Source: Acetatifactor sp.
GTDB taxonomy: Bacteria > Bacillota > Clostridia > Lachnospirales > Lachnospiraceae
Assembly: GCA_045634745.1 (NCBI GenBank)
Contig: JAZRAX010000028.1
Coordinates: forward strand, 1,674 to 65,673
Direction of reading: 5' to 3'
Length of the DNA: 64,000 bases
Position numbers and translations under genes: made by a program. The first letter of the stretch is position 1, and each line of letters begins with the position of its first letter. A model generated the notes under the pieces. The model was not told the DNA's origin and did no database searches. It saw only the letters and a list, made by a program, of their open reading frames with translations. Shown here piece after piece: positions 29,571 to 38,831 of the stretch.

Positions 29571-29712
29571 ATACCTTTCCTTTCTGCGACCCTAGTCACC
29601 CCAAATATTTTTCTACAAAAAGAGTTTGATAACTTTTCAAATTCTCTAAAAATATTGTACATCAAAAATACTATCAATTCCTTAAGAAAATTAATGAAAA
29701 ACTATCAAAAAT

Positions 29713-29727
29713 CTTGATTTTTTTGAT
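29713..29727. promoter_or_regulatory. Candidate activator site CTTGATTTTTTTGAT
   Basis: An identical 15-mer recurs at 43738-43752, upstream of the ABC operon. Confidence 0.5.
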
Positions 29728-29769
29728 GTCTGGTGTACAATAGAAGAAAAAGTATTAAGGAGGCTGGAA

Positions 29770-30621
29770 ATGAAAGGGAATATCGCCAAATATATACCTA
29801 ATTACTACTATAGTAAAGTAGTGGATATTATTGACCATGAGTCTACCCATCACTATCATCATGCCTTTGAAATTTATTATATGCTGGATGGGGAATGCAA
29901 TTATTTTATTGGCAATCGTTCCTATCGGGTTACCTCCGGGGATGTGATTTTAATCCCCTCTGGAACTATCCATCGTACCAATTATGAAGGCATGAAGCAC
30001 ACTCGCCAGCTCATTAACTGTGCACCGGAATATATCCCTTCCTCCATTATTGAACGACTGGCATCTATGGATTACTTATATCGTAACAGTAAGGTAAAAA
30101 AGCAATTAGATGAAGTTTTTTCTAAAATTGAAAATGAGTATGAAAATGCTGATGCGCTTTCTGCCGATGTATTACGTTGTTATACAGCGGAACTTTTCTT
30201 TATTATTTTGCGCAATGAAAATAAGTATGAAGGCAAGCAGGATGAAAGCAACCTGATTCCGCGTGTTGTGAAATACATTCGCCAAAATTATATGAATGAA
30301 GTTAAATTGGCTGCCGTTGCCAAGAACTTTTCTGTAAGTGCAGAGCATCTTTCCCGCATGTTCAAAAAAGATACCGGTTTCGGCTTCAATGAATATTTGA
30401 CTATTTTACGTTTGCAAAAAGCAGAATACATGCTAAAAAATGAGCCCGGCAGAGCCGTTTGTGAAGTTGCTTATGCTTGTGGCTTTAATGATGGTAACTA
30501 TTTTTCTTATAAATTCAAGTCTGCTTACGGAGTCTCTCCTACGCAGGTAAAGGGACGGAAAGCAGACGGAGAAATCTATAAAAACATTGAAATAATTACA
30601 GTTAACGGAGAAAATTCATGA
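29770..30621 (+). CDS. AraC-family transcriptional regulator
   Basis: Cupin sensor (HYHHAFEIYY) and C-terminal double HTH (HLSRMFKKDTG..VAYACGFND.NYFS..FK). Confidence 0.93.
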   Translation: MKGNIAKYIPNYYYSKVVDIIDHESTHHYHHAFEIYYMLDGECNYFIGNRSYRVTSGDVILIPSGTIHRTNYEGMKHTRQLINCAPEYIPSSIIERLASMDYLYRNSKVKKQLDEVFSKIENEYENADALSADVLRCYTAELFFIILRNENKYEGKQDESNLIPRVVKYIRQNYMNEVKLAAVAKNFSVSAEHLSRMFKKDTGFGFNEYLTILRLQKAEYMLKNEPGRAVCEVAYACGFNDGNYFSYKFKSAYGVSPTQVKGRKADGEIYKNIEIITVNGENS

Positions 30622-31373
30622 GTCAATATCACATTTCAGAAAGCAATATTGTTATAGAAAATCAGGAATATAGCGGAAAGCTTTCCGCCCATCTTTCGCA
30701 CGAGGATGGCAAGCCCTATCATACTTTCCGTACTTATACAGTACTTGTGGATGGCAACAATGTAACTTTTCGAAATTGCATTTTTGAAAATACAGCCGGT
30801 CCCGGCAAGGATGTCGGTCAAGCCATTGCCCTCTACTTGGATGGCAATAATATTACATTAGAAAATTGTGTACTTCGCGGACATCAGGATACCTTATTCC
30901 TGGCTCCTTTACCGGAAAAAGAAATGATGGTGGATGGCTTCTTAGGACCGAAGCAGTTTACTCCCCGTACCCCCAGAACCGTGTATTTTCGCGATTGCTT
31001 AATTGAAGGTGGTGTGGATTTTATCTTCGGTGGTGCCACTGCTTATTTTGAAAATTGTGAGTTTAAGAATATTGAGCCCGGCTATGTTTTTGCCCCCTCT
31101 ACGCCGAAGAATGTTGTAGCAGGCTTTGTGGCAAAAAATTGCCGTTTTACTGCTGCCGGAAATGTTCCAGATGGTTCTTGTTATATTGGACGTCCTTGGC
31201 GGAATCATGCAAAGATTCGTTTAGAAAACTGCTATTTAGGAGAACATATTCATCCGATCGGCTGGGATGATTGGGGTAAACCGGATGCTCATGCCACTGT
31301 GGAATTCATCGAACAGGGTTCCTATGGACCAGGTGCCAACGCTAACCGCCCGGAGTATGTGAAGATGATTTGA
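30618..31373 (+). CDS. Pectin methylesterase (CE8), no signal peptide
   Basis: QAIAL, GHQDTLF, IEGGVDFIFG and YIGRPW. Confidence 0.92.
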   Translation: MSQYHISESNIVIENQEYSGKLSAHLSHEDGKPYHTFRTYTVLVDGNNVTFRNCIFENTAGPGKDVGQAIALYLDGNNITLENCVLRGHQDTLFLAPLPEKEMMVDGFLGPKQFTPRTPRTVYFRDCLIEGGVDFIFGGATAYFENCEFKNIEPGYVFAPSTPKNVVAGFVAKNCRFTAAGNVPDGSCYIGRPWRNHAKIRLENCYLGEHIHPIGWDDWGKPDAHATVEFIEQGSYGPGANANRPEYVKMI

Positions 31374-31428
31374 TTTGGCAAGAAAATTCCTCATACAAGT
31401 AATTAAAGTACATCGTTTTACGAAAAAT

Positions 31429-31458
31429 AAAAACACCCCGAAGGGTGCTTTTATTTTG
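31429..31458. terminator. Bidirectional terminator
   Basis: AAAAACACCC-CGAA-GGGTGCTTTTATTTT between convergent genes. Confidence 0.75.
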
Positions 31459-31466
31459 GGCTTATT

Positions 31467-32567
31467 CTAGTAAGATTTTTTCGTTGTTTCGATTACCTTC
31501 TCACTTTCACCGTCGAAAAGATATACTCCGCTGTAAGGGATAGAGAAATCAATCTTAGAATCGATTTCAGGTGTATCATGCGGATCTACCTTCAAAATAG
31601 ACTTAACGCCATCAATATCTACATAAACGTTTGTATTATCACCAAGAAGTTCAGTTAATTCTACTTCTGCATTTAATACATAACTGTCACTCTGCTTACC
31701 TAACTCAATTGCTTCCGGACGGAAACCTAGTACAATCTTTTTGCCTTCATAGGAAGCAAGTACTTCCGGAGTCAATACCTCTGCAAGAGAAAGTGCTGTA
31801 TTACCCACCTGGATATTACCATTCTTCACTTCCGCATTGATAAAGTTCATAGGCGGTTCACCGATAAAGCCTGCAACAAACATATTAACCGGCTTGAAAT
31901 ACAAATCATACGGTGTACCAATCTGCTGGATATAACCATCCTTCATAACTACAATTCTATCTGCCATAGTCATAGCTTCTGTCTGGTCATGTGTTACATA
32001 AATAGTGGTTGCTCCAACCTTTCTATGAATATCTGTAATCTCTGCACGCATGGTTACACGCTGCTTTGCATCCAAGTTAGAAAGAGGCTCGTCCATAAGG
32101 AAGATTCCTACTTTACGGATGATTGCTCGACCTACAGCTACACGCTGTCTCTGACCACCGGAAAGTGCTCTTGGCTTTCTGTCAAGATAATCCGTAAGAC
32201 CTAAGATTCTAGCGGTATCCATAACCTTCTTCTCAATAACATCTTCATCTACACCCTGTAAAGAAAGACCAAATGCCATATTATCATAAACTGACATATG
32301 AGGATACAATGCGTAGCACTGGAATACCATGGCTACCCCTCGTTCACGAGGGCCCATTTCATTTGCACGAACTCCATCAATTGCAAATTCACCGTTACTG
32401 ATATTTTCCAAACCTGCAATCATACGAAGAGTGGTAGACTTACCACATCCGGAAGGTCCTACAAATACAATAAACTCGCCTTGTTCAATTTCCAAATTGA
32501 AATCGTGAACTGCATGGAATCCATTCGGGTATATTTTGTTTATTCCTTTTAAAGAGAGATATGACAT
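31467..32567 (-). CDS. Carbohydrate ABC transporter ATPase (MalK/MsmX type) no. 2
   Basis: GPSGCGKST, LSGGQ, LMDEP, YVTHD and a TOBE C-terminus. Confidence 0.95.
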   Translation of the reverse strand: MSYLSLKGINKIYPNGFHAVHDFNLEIEQGEFIVFVGPSGCGKSTTLRMIAGLENISNGEFAIDGVRANEMGPRERGVAMVFQCYALYPHMSVYDNMAFGLSLQGVDEDVIEKKVMDTARILGLTDYLDRKPRALSGGQRQRVAVGRAIIRKVGIFLMDEPLSNLDAKQRVTMRAEITDIHRKVGATTIYVTHDQTEAMTMADRIVVMKDGYIQQIGTPYDLYFKPVNMFVAGFIGEPPMNFINAEVKNGNIQVGNTALSLAEVLTPEVLASYEGKKIVLGFRPEAIELGKQSDSYVLNAEVELTELLGDNTNVYVDIDGVKSILKVDPHDTPEIDSKIDFSIPYSGVYLFDGESEKVIETTKKSY

Positions 32568-32579
32568 AATAAACTCCTT

Positions 32580-33704
32580 TTAGCGTAAGATTTCTGTATA
32601 ACACAGTATAAAGGGCGCTACTCCCTTAGCATCGTTCTCAACAATCGGCTCTGAAATATAATACTCATATGTACCATCTCGACGAGGATTGTTTTCCGGA
32701 CCAAGACCTGCCACCAAGCAGATACCACCTAGATTCAGCTCACCGTCCTCATTAAAATCAAGGTATTTTTCGCAAATTCCATCGAAAGTACCTTTTCCAT
32801 ATGTTGCAAAGCTTGCATCCAGAACGCCTAATCTGGCACCCTTAAGCATTGCATAAGCAATCATTGCGGAACCACTGGTCTCCAGATAATTACCTTCTCT
32901 ACCCGGCTGGTCAACTACCTGCCAATACATGCCGCTTTCTTCGTCACGGAACTTCAGAATATCTGCCATCAAACGCGAGAAAATACCTGAAAGCTCTGAC
33001 TTGGTCTGCTCATCAACGATTTCAATAATATCAATCATGGCTACACTGAACCAACCAATGGAACGAAGCCAGAAGTTCTTGGAACGTCCGGTTTCCGGAT
33101 CAGCCCAGAAAATAGATTTGGAACAATCCATTCCATGATAATAAAGTCCGGTCTTATCATCCTTCATGTATTTTTCTACATTCTTAATCTGTGCAAGCAT
33201 ATCGGAATAATCTCCGTCCAAATAATGCTTTGCATATAAGGTAGAGAATACCTGTGCCATATAAATACCATCCAACCAAATCTGGTTCGGGTATATCTTC
33301 TTATGCCAGAAGTTACCGGTATTGGTACGAGGCTGCTCTTTTACCTGCTCATACTGCTTTTCAATTGCTAATCTGTACTTTTCTTTTCCTGTTCTCTGGT
33401 ATAATTCAAAAAGTACGCGACCTTCATTCAAGTCATCTACATTATATTTTAATTTATCAAATCCTAAGATGGAACCGTCTTCGCTTACATAATAGTCAAT
33501 GAAGTTTTCTGCAAAGTCAAAATACTTTGCATCACCGGTTATGTTGTTGATTGCCAATAAAGAGGTAATCATACAACCATCTATGTAGTTCCAATGTGCC
33601 GGTTTTCCATGTCTGATACTTTCAATATTCCACATAGGTGCATTCGGTTCTGACATGGTAATAAGTCTGTCAATATATTGGTCGATTTTTTTGTACATAG
33701 CCAT
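32580..33704 (-). CDS. Unsaturated (rhamno)galacturonyl hydrolase, GH105 (YteR-like)
   Basis: WNYIDG, FWHKKIYPNQIWLDGIYMAQ, LYYHG, WLRSIGW and LETSGS. Confidence 0.92.
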   Translation of the reverse strand: MAMYKKIDQYIDRLITMSEPNAPMWNIESIRHGKPAHWNYIDGCMITSLLAINNITGDAKYFDFAENFIDYYVSEDGSILGFDKLKYNVDDLNEGRVLFELYQRTGKEKYRLAIEKQYEQVKEQPRTNTGNFWHKKIYPNQIWLDGIYMAQVFSTLYAKHYLDGDYSDMLAQIKNVEKYMKDDKTGLYYHGMDCSKSIFWADPETGRSKNFWLRSIGWFSVAMIDIIEIVDEQTKSELSGIFSRLMADILKFRDEESGMYWQVVDQPGREGNYLETSGSAMIAYAMLKGARLGVLDASFATYGKGTFDGICEKYLDFNEDGELNLGGICLVAGLGPENNPRRDGTYEYYISEPIVENDAKGVAPFILCYTEILR

Positions 33705-33717
33705 CCTTTCCGAGAAT

Positions 33718-35268
33718 TTATTCTCTTACAAGTTTTCCTATATTGTGGGCAATCAATTCTTCACTATCTGCCCCTTCCACTGTTACATCACGAATAACTA
33801 ATTTAGATACATTGTCAAAGTACATACCCACCCGACAGAAGTCATCCATATAATCACGGGATGCAGGCTTTGAAGGCTTTGCATCTTCTGCATAAGTGAA
33901 CTTAATATTTTCTACCACAATTTCATCAATCGGCTGTTCCGGTAAACCATCACAGTAGCAAGCAGCCACTTCACAATTTTCACATTCCATGTTGCGGAAG
34001 GTAAACTTTCCTAAATAGGGAGTTCTATCATCTACCGGAAGCGATTCTCTGGACCATACATACTCAGAATGACGGTCCGGGTCGCAACAATTGTACCACA
34101 TATTAATAACGATTGGTGTAAGTACACCATCCATTTTAATGTTCTCAAAAAGTACGCCGTCAATTACAGCATCCTTACCTCTGCCTCGACGTGTCTTAAT
34201 ACGAAGACCTCTGTCAGTCTTACGGAAAACACAACGATTTACGGTAAGATTTGTTACACCACCTGCTGTCTCACTTCCCAAGGTTACTGCACCATGTCCA
34301 AATTCCATGAGACAGTTTGTAATAGTATGTAAATTTGCAGGCTGTTTAAATGTCTTACCAATGTCAATCTTACCTGATTTGATAGCAATACAATCATCAC
34401 CTACACTGAAGCGGCAACCAATAATATTTACTACATCGCATGCCTCAGGATCGATAGCATCGGTATTCGGGCTATCTTTCGGTGCCTGAATATCCAAATC
34501 ATAAAAATCAACATTCTTTGAAAAATATGGATGAAGCTGCCAAGATGCAGCATCTTTTGCCAAAATTCCATGTACGTGAATACCATCACAACGATTAAAG
34601 AACAAAAGTCTAGGTCTTGCAACGGTATAATGCTTTACTTCCGCATCGCACCACCAGTCTGCCACCGGAGCATTGCCATCTACAATACCTCGTCCAACGA
34701 TGGTAATATCCTCAGCATACTCTGCAAACAGAAGAGACTGATGCATCGGCACTGCCACACCTTCCCACACACCAAAGTGTAAGTCATCTCCGGTATTAAA
34801 ATCACTGACGATTCCGGGAATGGTTGGATATTTGCTCTTGTCCGGATGTCCTAAAATCGTGGCACCCTTACTAATTTCCACTGTAGTATGACTCTTCAAA
34901 CAAAGAGGCGCAACCACATAAGTTCCTTCCGGGAAATATAATCTGGCATCCTTGGGAAGACAGTTAATTGCGGTCTGGCATGCAACTGTATCATCTGTCA
35001 AACCATCACCTACCGCACCAAAATCCTTAACATTCACACAAGCCGTCTCAGCTTTTGTTGTATATTCCAACTTACCATCCCACTTATCAGAAGTAATTTC
35101 ATAAGTGGTAGCAGGTTTTAAATCAAATAATGAAAAGACATTGGTATCACCCTGATACACTGCCTCACCATTCACATAAATTGTATATTCTTCTCCTTTG
35201 TAATACGCCAAATCATTTTGCCATTCAAAGCAAGACGATGTAGAAGAAGTAAAAAGCAATTTAATCAT
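33718..35268 (-). CDS. Polygalacturonase, GH28
   Basis: PNTDAID, GDDCIAIKSG, GHG and GLRIKT. No signal peptide. Confidence 0.93.
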   Translation of the reverse strand: MIKLLFTSSTSSCFEWQNDLAYYKGEEYTIYVNGEAVYQGDTNVFSLFDLKPATTYEITSDKWDGKLEYTTKAETACVNVKDFGAVGDGLTDDTVACQTAINCLPKDARLYFPEGTYVVAPLCLKSHTTVEISKGATILGHPDKSKYPTIPGIVSDFNTGDDLHFGVWEGVAVPMHQSLLFAEYAEDITIVGRGIVDGNAPVADWWCDAEVKHYTVARPRLLFFNRCDGIHVHGILAKDAASWQLHPYFSKNVDFYDLDIQAPKDSPNTDAIDPEACDVVNIIGCRFSVGDDCIAIKSGKIDIGKTFKQPANLHTITNCLMEFGHGAVTLGSETAGGVTNLTVNRCVFRKTDRGLRIKTRRGRGKDAVIDGVLFENIKMDGVLTPIVINMWYNCCDPDRHSEYVWSRESLPVDDRTPYLGKFTFRNMECENCEVAACYCDGLPEQPIDEIVVENIKFTYAEDAKPSKPASRDYMDDFCRVGMYFDNVSKLVIRDVTVEGADSEELIAHNIGKLVRE

Positions 35269-35274
35269 CTCTAT

Positions 35275-35910
35275 TTAAACTCCGTTCTTTTGTTTTGCGT
35301 CATTTACTATGCTAATCATAGTATTCTTTATGCCAATTAGGCACATATCAATAGCCATATAGAAAAGGCCAAACAGTAGTGGCTCCACACCCAGATAAAT
35401 GGTACCATCCGTACCTTTTATCATATTTAACCCTATATTTATCACATTATATAACCACATAACACAATATAAGATTACAAATGCATAGGGAATATTCGCT
35501 AAAAACGTCCAATATTTCTTCTGCGGGAACATCATCCACTTGCTGTTCTGTCCCGGGTAACGTTCAAAGAAGCGGAATGCATTGTTAACCAATATATCCG
35601 TAACCACACCCAGTACCACTGCCATGACCACAATCATGTCAAACATATCGCCTATATACAGACCCAATCCCCAAAAGATAAAGAAACAAACCGCACCATT
35701 AAACCAAAACTTCATGAATAATGCCAATATCCAACTGGGAATTCTATCCAAAAATCCGCTTCGATATTCTTTTCCGGGATCCTTCTTTGTCTCTGTATAA
35801 GTCTTTTTCTCTGCATTGACAAGACGGTCAATCGCATCTTTTTTTAAATCATAATAATTCTCTGTTACTTGCTCAGGGGCTTCATTCTTCCCCTTATTCT
35901 TTTTTGCCAT
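35275..35910 (-). CDS. Hypothetical membrane protein
   Basis: 211 aa with about 4 hydrophobic segments, operon-embedded. Confidence 0.75.
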   Translation of the reverse strand: MAKKNKGKNEAPEQVTENYYDLKKDAIDRLVNAEKKTYTETKKDPGKEYRSGFLDRIPSWILALFMKFWFNGAVCFFIFWGLGLYIGDMFDMIVVMAVVLGVVTDILVNNAFRFFERYPGQNSKWMMFPQKKYWTFLANIPYAFVILYCVMWLYNVINIGLNMIKGTDGTIYLGVEPLLFGLFYMAIDMCLIGIKNTMISIVNDAKQKNGV

Positions 35911-35919
35911 ATTGAAAAA

Positions 35920-36507
35920 TTAATCCTCGTCGCTGATATCTACTGCTTCAATTTCACCGTTATCTTCTACATCGATAGAAGTATTAATCTTTCTGAGTAA
36001 CTTAGCAAATACCGGCTCTAATAAAACACATGCCATGGTAATTGCAATGGTAATAATATGCATCTGCATGTAGTATCTTGCATATAATATATATGCTGTT
36101 TCTACGGTAACTACAATAGGATTCTCCGGTCTATACAATGCATAATCAATACGATTGATGTAGAATGCATCTGCAACAATAACAATGATGTACATTACCA
36201 TTAACAATGCAACCATAATCCAATTGGGTTTTTTACGCTTTGGAAACGCATTAAACATACATACATATGACAGAATGGAAAGCAACATGGAAATAAATGC
36301 ACACAGACCCATATGCTTACCATAAATCTTAGCTGTAGTGTTTGAAATCGATGTTAAGTTAAATGAAAAGATAATAAATGAAACCGTTAATGCAAGAAGC
36401 GGAATAATCTGTGGATTCTTCTTCAATGCAACTAATAATTTACGAATCTTCTCTTTAATCCATGCACCAAATCCTGTTTTTTTCTTGTTCTTAATCTGCT
36501 CAGCCAT
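35920..36507 (-). CDS. Hypothetical membrane protein
   Basis: About 4 hydrophobic segments and an acidic C-tail, operon-embedded. Confidence 0.75.
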   Translation of the reverse strand: MAEQIKNKKKTGFGAWIKEKIRKLLVALKKNPQIIPLLALTVSFIIFSFNLTSISNTTAKIYGKHMGLCAFISMLLSILSYVCMFNAFPKRKKPNWIMVALLMVMYIIVIVADAFYINRIDYALYRPENPIVVTVETAYILYARYYMQMHIITIAITMACVLLEPVFAKLLRKINTSIDVEDNGEIEAVDISDED

Positions 36508-36520
36508 AATATCCAATCCT

Positions 36521-37579
36521 TTATCTTATTGCGTTGGTAGTTTCTTTATCAAAGAAATGTACTCGATCAAAGGAAACACCAACCACATCTCCATGCTTAT
36601 ATGTTGACCACTCGCGGAATTTTGCGGTAGCCTTGTGACCGCCTAATGTACCGTGAATCAATGTGGTCTGACCCAGGTTTTCATTAGTGTTTACGGAAAG
36701 CTGTAAATCTCCTCCCGGAACAATGTTTTCAGGTCTTACACCAAGAGTAATTACCTTTCCAACATAATCCTTAAGAGTTTCTTTCTGAGTATCACTTAAT
36801 GCATATTCAATACCATCTCCTACCAGCTTACCGTCCTCAACCTTACAATCAAAGAAGTTCATAGGCGGAAGTCCGATGAAGGATGCCACAAATAAGTTTG
36901 CAGGATTATCATAAAGCTCAAGAGGTGTACCAATCTGCTGTACATAACCCATGGACATACACACAATTCTATCTGCCAAGGTAAGAGCTTCTGTCTGGTC
37001 ATGTGTTACATATAACATAGTTGCACCCAGACGCTTATGTAAAAGCAAAATCTCTCTTCTGGTTGCTCCACGAAGCTTTGCATCCAAGTTGGACAAAGGC
37101 TCGTCAAACAAAAATACTTTCGGATTACGTACAATAGCACGTCCCATAGCAACACGCTGTCTCTGACCACCGGAAAGCTGCTTCGGCTTCTTATTTAACT
37201 GATCTGTAAGACCAAGGATTTCAGCTGCAGCCAATACCTTCTCGTGAATCACGTTAGGATCTTCATGTGCTAATGTAAGTGAAAATGCCATGTTTTCATA
37301 TATAGTCATATGACCGTATAACGCATAGTTCTGGAAAACCATGGCAATATCTCTGTCCTTCGGCGGTTTTCTGGTAACGTCATCGCCATCAATAATTAAC
37401 TTTCCTGTAGTAATATCCTCCAAACCAGCAATCATTCGAAGTGTTGTAGACTTACCACAACCGGAAGGTCCTACAAGTACAATGAACTCACCATCCTTAA
37501 TATCCATGTTAAAATCAAAAACAGCCTGAACATTATTGTCATATATTTTATTCAGATTTTGCAAACTTAATGAAGCCAT
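36521..37579 (-). CDS. Carbohydrate ABC transporter ATPase (MalK/MsmX type) no. 1
   Basis: GPSGCGKST, LSGGQ, LFDEP and YVTHD. Start at ATG 37579. Confidence 0.95.
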   Translation of the reverse strand: MASLSLQNLNKIYDNNVQAVFDFNMDIKDGEFIVLVGPSGCGKSTTLRMIAGLEDITTGKLIIDGDDVTRKPPKDRDIAMVFQNYALYGHMTIYENMAFSLTLAHEDPNVIHEKVLAAAEILGLTDQLNKKPKQLSGGQRQRVAMGRAIVRNPKVFLFDEPLSNLDAKLRGATRREILLLHKRLGATMLYVTHDQTEALTLADRIVCMSMGYVQQIGTPLELYDNPANLFVASFIGLPPMNFFDCKVEDGKLVGDGIEYALSDTQKETLKDYVGKVITLGVRPENIVPGGDLQLSVNTNENLGQTTLIHGTLGGHKATAKFREWSTYKHGDVVGVSFDRVHFFDKETTNAIR

Positions 37580-37610
37580 ATTTGTAAGCCACACCTTTCT
37601 TTATGAACTC

Positions 37611-38096
37611 TTATACAAACCCGTTCTCTTTCTTATAGTTCTGAAGAGTAATGGTCTTATACATACCAATGATACCTGCCAGGATACAGCAAGCTGCTGA
37701 TAACAAGAGGCAAACCACTACATAAGTATGCTGACTACTACCCATAACCGGAACTTCCACACCATCAATAACAGTAAGTGCTTCGCTTGCCATACGGGGA
37801 ATTCCCCAAATACGTGCAATCTGTACCAAACCGACTGCAATAATAACAAACGAATAGTTGAGCTTGTAATTCTTTAATCCTTCGGAAGACAAAAATGCAA
37901 TCAGAAGAAATACTAAATTACATACTACTGACAAACCTATGGTTATTGAATAATAATAATTACCTACGTCAGACTGATAGATACTTACAAAATACAGTAC
38001 CCCGAATACAATCGCCAAATAAGCCAAATTAGCAGATGTCTTATTCTTAGTATAACGCAAACGGTCTTTTTTAATAGTTGCAACATCACGTCCCAT
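37611..38096 (-). CDS. Hypothetical membrane protein
   Basis: 161 aa with about 4 hydrophobic segments. Confidence 0.75.
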   Translation of the reverse strand: MGRDVATIKKDRLRYTKNKTSANLAYLAIVFGVLYFVSIYQSDVGNYYYSITIGLSVVCNLVFLLIAFLSSEGLKNYKLNYSFVIIAVGLVQIARIWGIPRMASEALTVIDGVEVPVMGSSQHTYVVVCLLLSAACCILAGIIGMYKTITLQNYKKENGFV

Positions 38097-38100
38097 AGCG

Positions 38101-38700
38101 TTATACCTCCTTGCTTTCTTTTAACAGCTTCTTTTCTGCATTCATTACAATTACCTTAAAAATAAGATTAAGGACATTTAATGCAGCAACTGCCAAAACA
38201 ATACCAAAAACAACCTTACTAATATCAAACCAAAATACATTGGGTTCTGCATTGTACTTGAACAATTCTGAATACATCTGCAATCTCTCATTTGTAAAAT
38301 CAACGGTCAGATACAGTGCTTTATATGATAAGATATTGTTGATTGCCCATACAGAAATTGCAATTGAGCCAACTGTATTTGCAACAACAGTTATGTAATT
38401 TGCAATGTAATATTTTCTGCGTAAATGATTCCTGAACACAAACTGTGCTACTGCCAAAAGAATCAATACGATACCTGCAGACGTCAAATCCTGATTAAAT
38501 GTCTGCATCTGATAGTACACCTCAGTTCCCGGGAACTGTGGGGTAACTGTATTATCTTTATAATACGCCTCTGCGTAATATGCGAATCCATTTTCATAAA
38601 GGCCAGTCATAAGGCCTAAGGAATAAATAAATACAAGCGCTGCTGCTACCAATCCTAAGTAGCAAACCAAACGCTGGAGAATCATTTGTTTCTTGTACAT
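38101..38700 (-). CDS. Hypothetical membrane protein
   Basis: About 4 hydrophobic segments; start probably MYKKQ at 38700. Confidence 0.75.
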   Translation of the reverse strand: MYKKQMILQRLVCYLGLVAAALVFIYSLGLMTGLYENGFAYYAEAYYKDNTVTPQFPGTEVYYQMQTFNQDLTSAGIVLILLAVAQFVFRNHLRRKYYIANYITVVANTVGSIAISVWAINNILSYKALYLTVDFTNERLQMYSELFKYNAEPNVFWFDISKVVFGIVLAVAALNVLNLIFKVIVMNAEKKLLKESKEV

Positions 38701-38771
38701 ACCTGTCTCCATTTCTTCGTCCATGCGACAAAGTTTCTAGTCGTTGCCGGTTGCAACAAATTTTTATTTTG

Positions 38772-38802
38772 CCTGCGAAGAGGCTTGCACCTCTTACGCA
38801 GG
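38772..38802 (-). promoter_or_regulatory. Intra-operon stem-loop 3' of the binding-protein gene
   Basis: CCTGCG-(T)-AAGAGG-TGCAAG-CCTCTT-CGCAGG, not followed by a U-run on the sense strand. Confidence 0.55.
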
Positions 38803-38831
38803 ACTTTTAAAAAGTTTATTGTAAAAAATTA

